Positions 63,511-64,000 of a DNA stretch of 64,000 nt are shown here, piece by piece. Position 1 is the stretch's first letter. Every line of letters begins with the position of its first letter. The notes beneath the pieces are model-generated. The model did no database searches. It saw only the letters and a list, made by a program, of their open reading frames with translations, and was not told the origin of the DNA. A program made the position numbers and the translations under genes. The DNA is from a virus. The stretch covers positions 96,001 through 160,000 of IMG/VR virus record IMGVR_UViG_3300005288_000001; one strand, written 5' to 3'.

Positions 63511-64000
63511 TTACTTGGGCATGCGGCGGGCGATGTTGGGGTCGTTCAGATCAGCACCGATCCAACGGAGCTTCTCTTCGTCGCGCATACCAGCCAGCTT
63601 GTTTCGCTGATCGGCGGTGCCCGAGATTGCCTGGAGGTTCTGCAGGTCCTTGGCTTCCTGGACGGCCGTACGAACCGAAGGTGGCGCCGAACTGATCTGG
63701 GTCCGCGTTCCATCCGGGCAAGGACGCTTCAGCTTGTCCATTGCTTCCTTGCCCGCAGCCATTCCGCACAGCAGGGCAACGTACAACTCTTCGTCCTTCG
63801 AGAGGGCCGCGAAGTTCATCAGGTTCAGGGAAACGCAGTCCGAGAGGGACTTCGCACCGCCGATGGAAACGGCACCACCCATCGCTCCGACAGCGACGCC
63901 ACCGGTGGCACCGCAATTGAAGCTGCCGCTGGCGACGGCCATGCCCGGCAGGAATGCCTGGCCGACGGTCTTGACGCCACCGCTCTGGTGGACTTCGGTC
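63511..64000 (-). CDS. Hypothetical Gly-rich, Cys-containing protein; 5' end outside window
   Basis: The frame is open to the window edge (TEVHQSGGVKTVGQAFLPGMAVASGSFNC...); GC-rich codons. Confidence 0.7.
   Translation of the reverse strand, partial: TEVHQSGGVKTVGQAFLPGMAVASGSFNCGATGGVAVGAMGGAVSIGGAKSLSDCVSLNLMNFAALSKDEELYVALLCGMAAGKEAMDKLKRPCPDGTRTQISSAPPSVRTAVQEAKDLQNLQAISGTADQRNKLAGMRDEEKLRWIGADLNDPNIARRMPK

Overview
This 64-kb window is the virion-morphogenesis core of a large T4-like myophage with a cyanophage-like/environmental gene set. The host is probably a Gram-negative proteobacterium, but that is inference. The minus strand carries baseplate genes (48, 53, 27-like hub, 5, 25, 6, 7, 8), a large VrlC-like structural protein, three receptor-binding systems, neck genes (13, 14, 15), terminase large subunit 17, tail genes (18, 19), head genes (20, 67/68-like, 21, 22, 23) and gene 3. 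A plus-strand late operon reads 4, 2, 54, holin, 16, 26, 51, tape measure. The right end is a minus-strand replication/accessory block: 32, 59, 33, DNA ligase, AAA+ ATPase, ClpP, SleB-like hydrolase, exonuclease, GH19 endolysin, PhoH, HAD phosphatase, vWA protein and a phosphoesterase. I found no tRNA, CRISPR array, intron or mobile element. Five observations stand out. (1) There is an apparent -1 programmed frameshift (T-TTT-TTC) fusing gp26 to a start-less gp51 immediately before the tape measure gene, a lambda G/GT-like arrangement in a T4-like phage. (2) Late promoters (TAAATA) sit repeatedly inside stem-loops, some masking a ribosome binding site, and several late genes look leaderless. 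(3) A fibre module at the fibritin position includes a very basic 18-aa-repeat protein and a split adaptor gene. (4) The gp5 spike carries both a GH19 and an M15 peptidase domain with no adjacent PAAR gene. (5) An AAA+ ATPase ending in a VGF motif is encoded close to a phage ClpP. All assignments come from motif recognition and synteny; no database searches were run.
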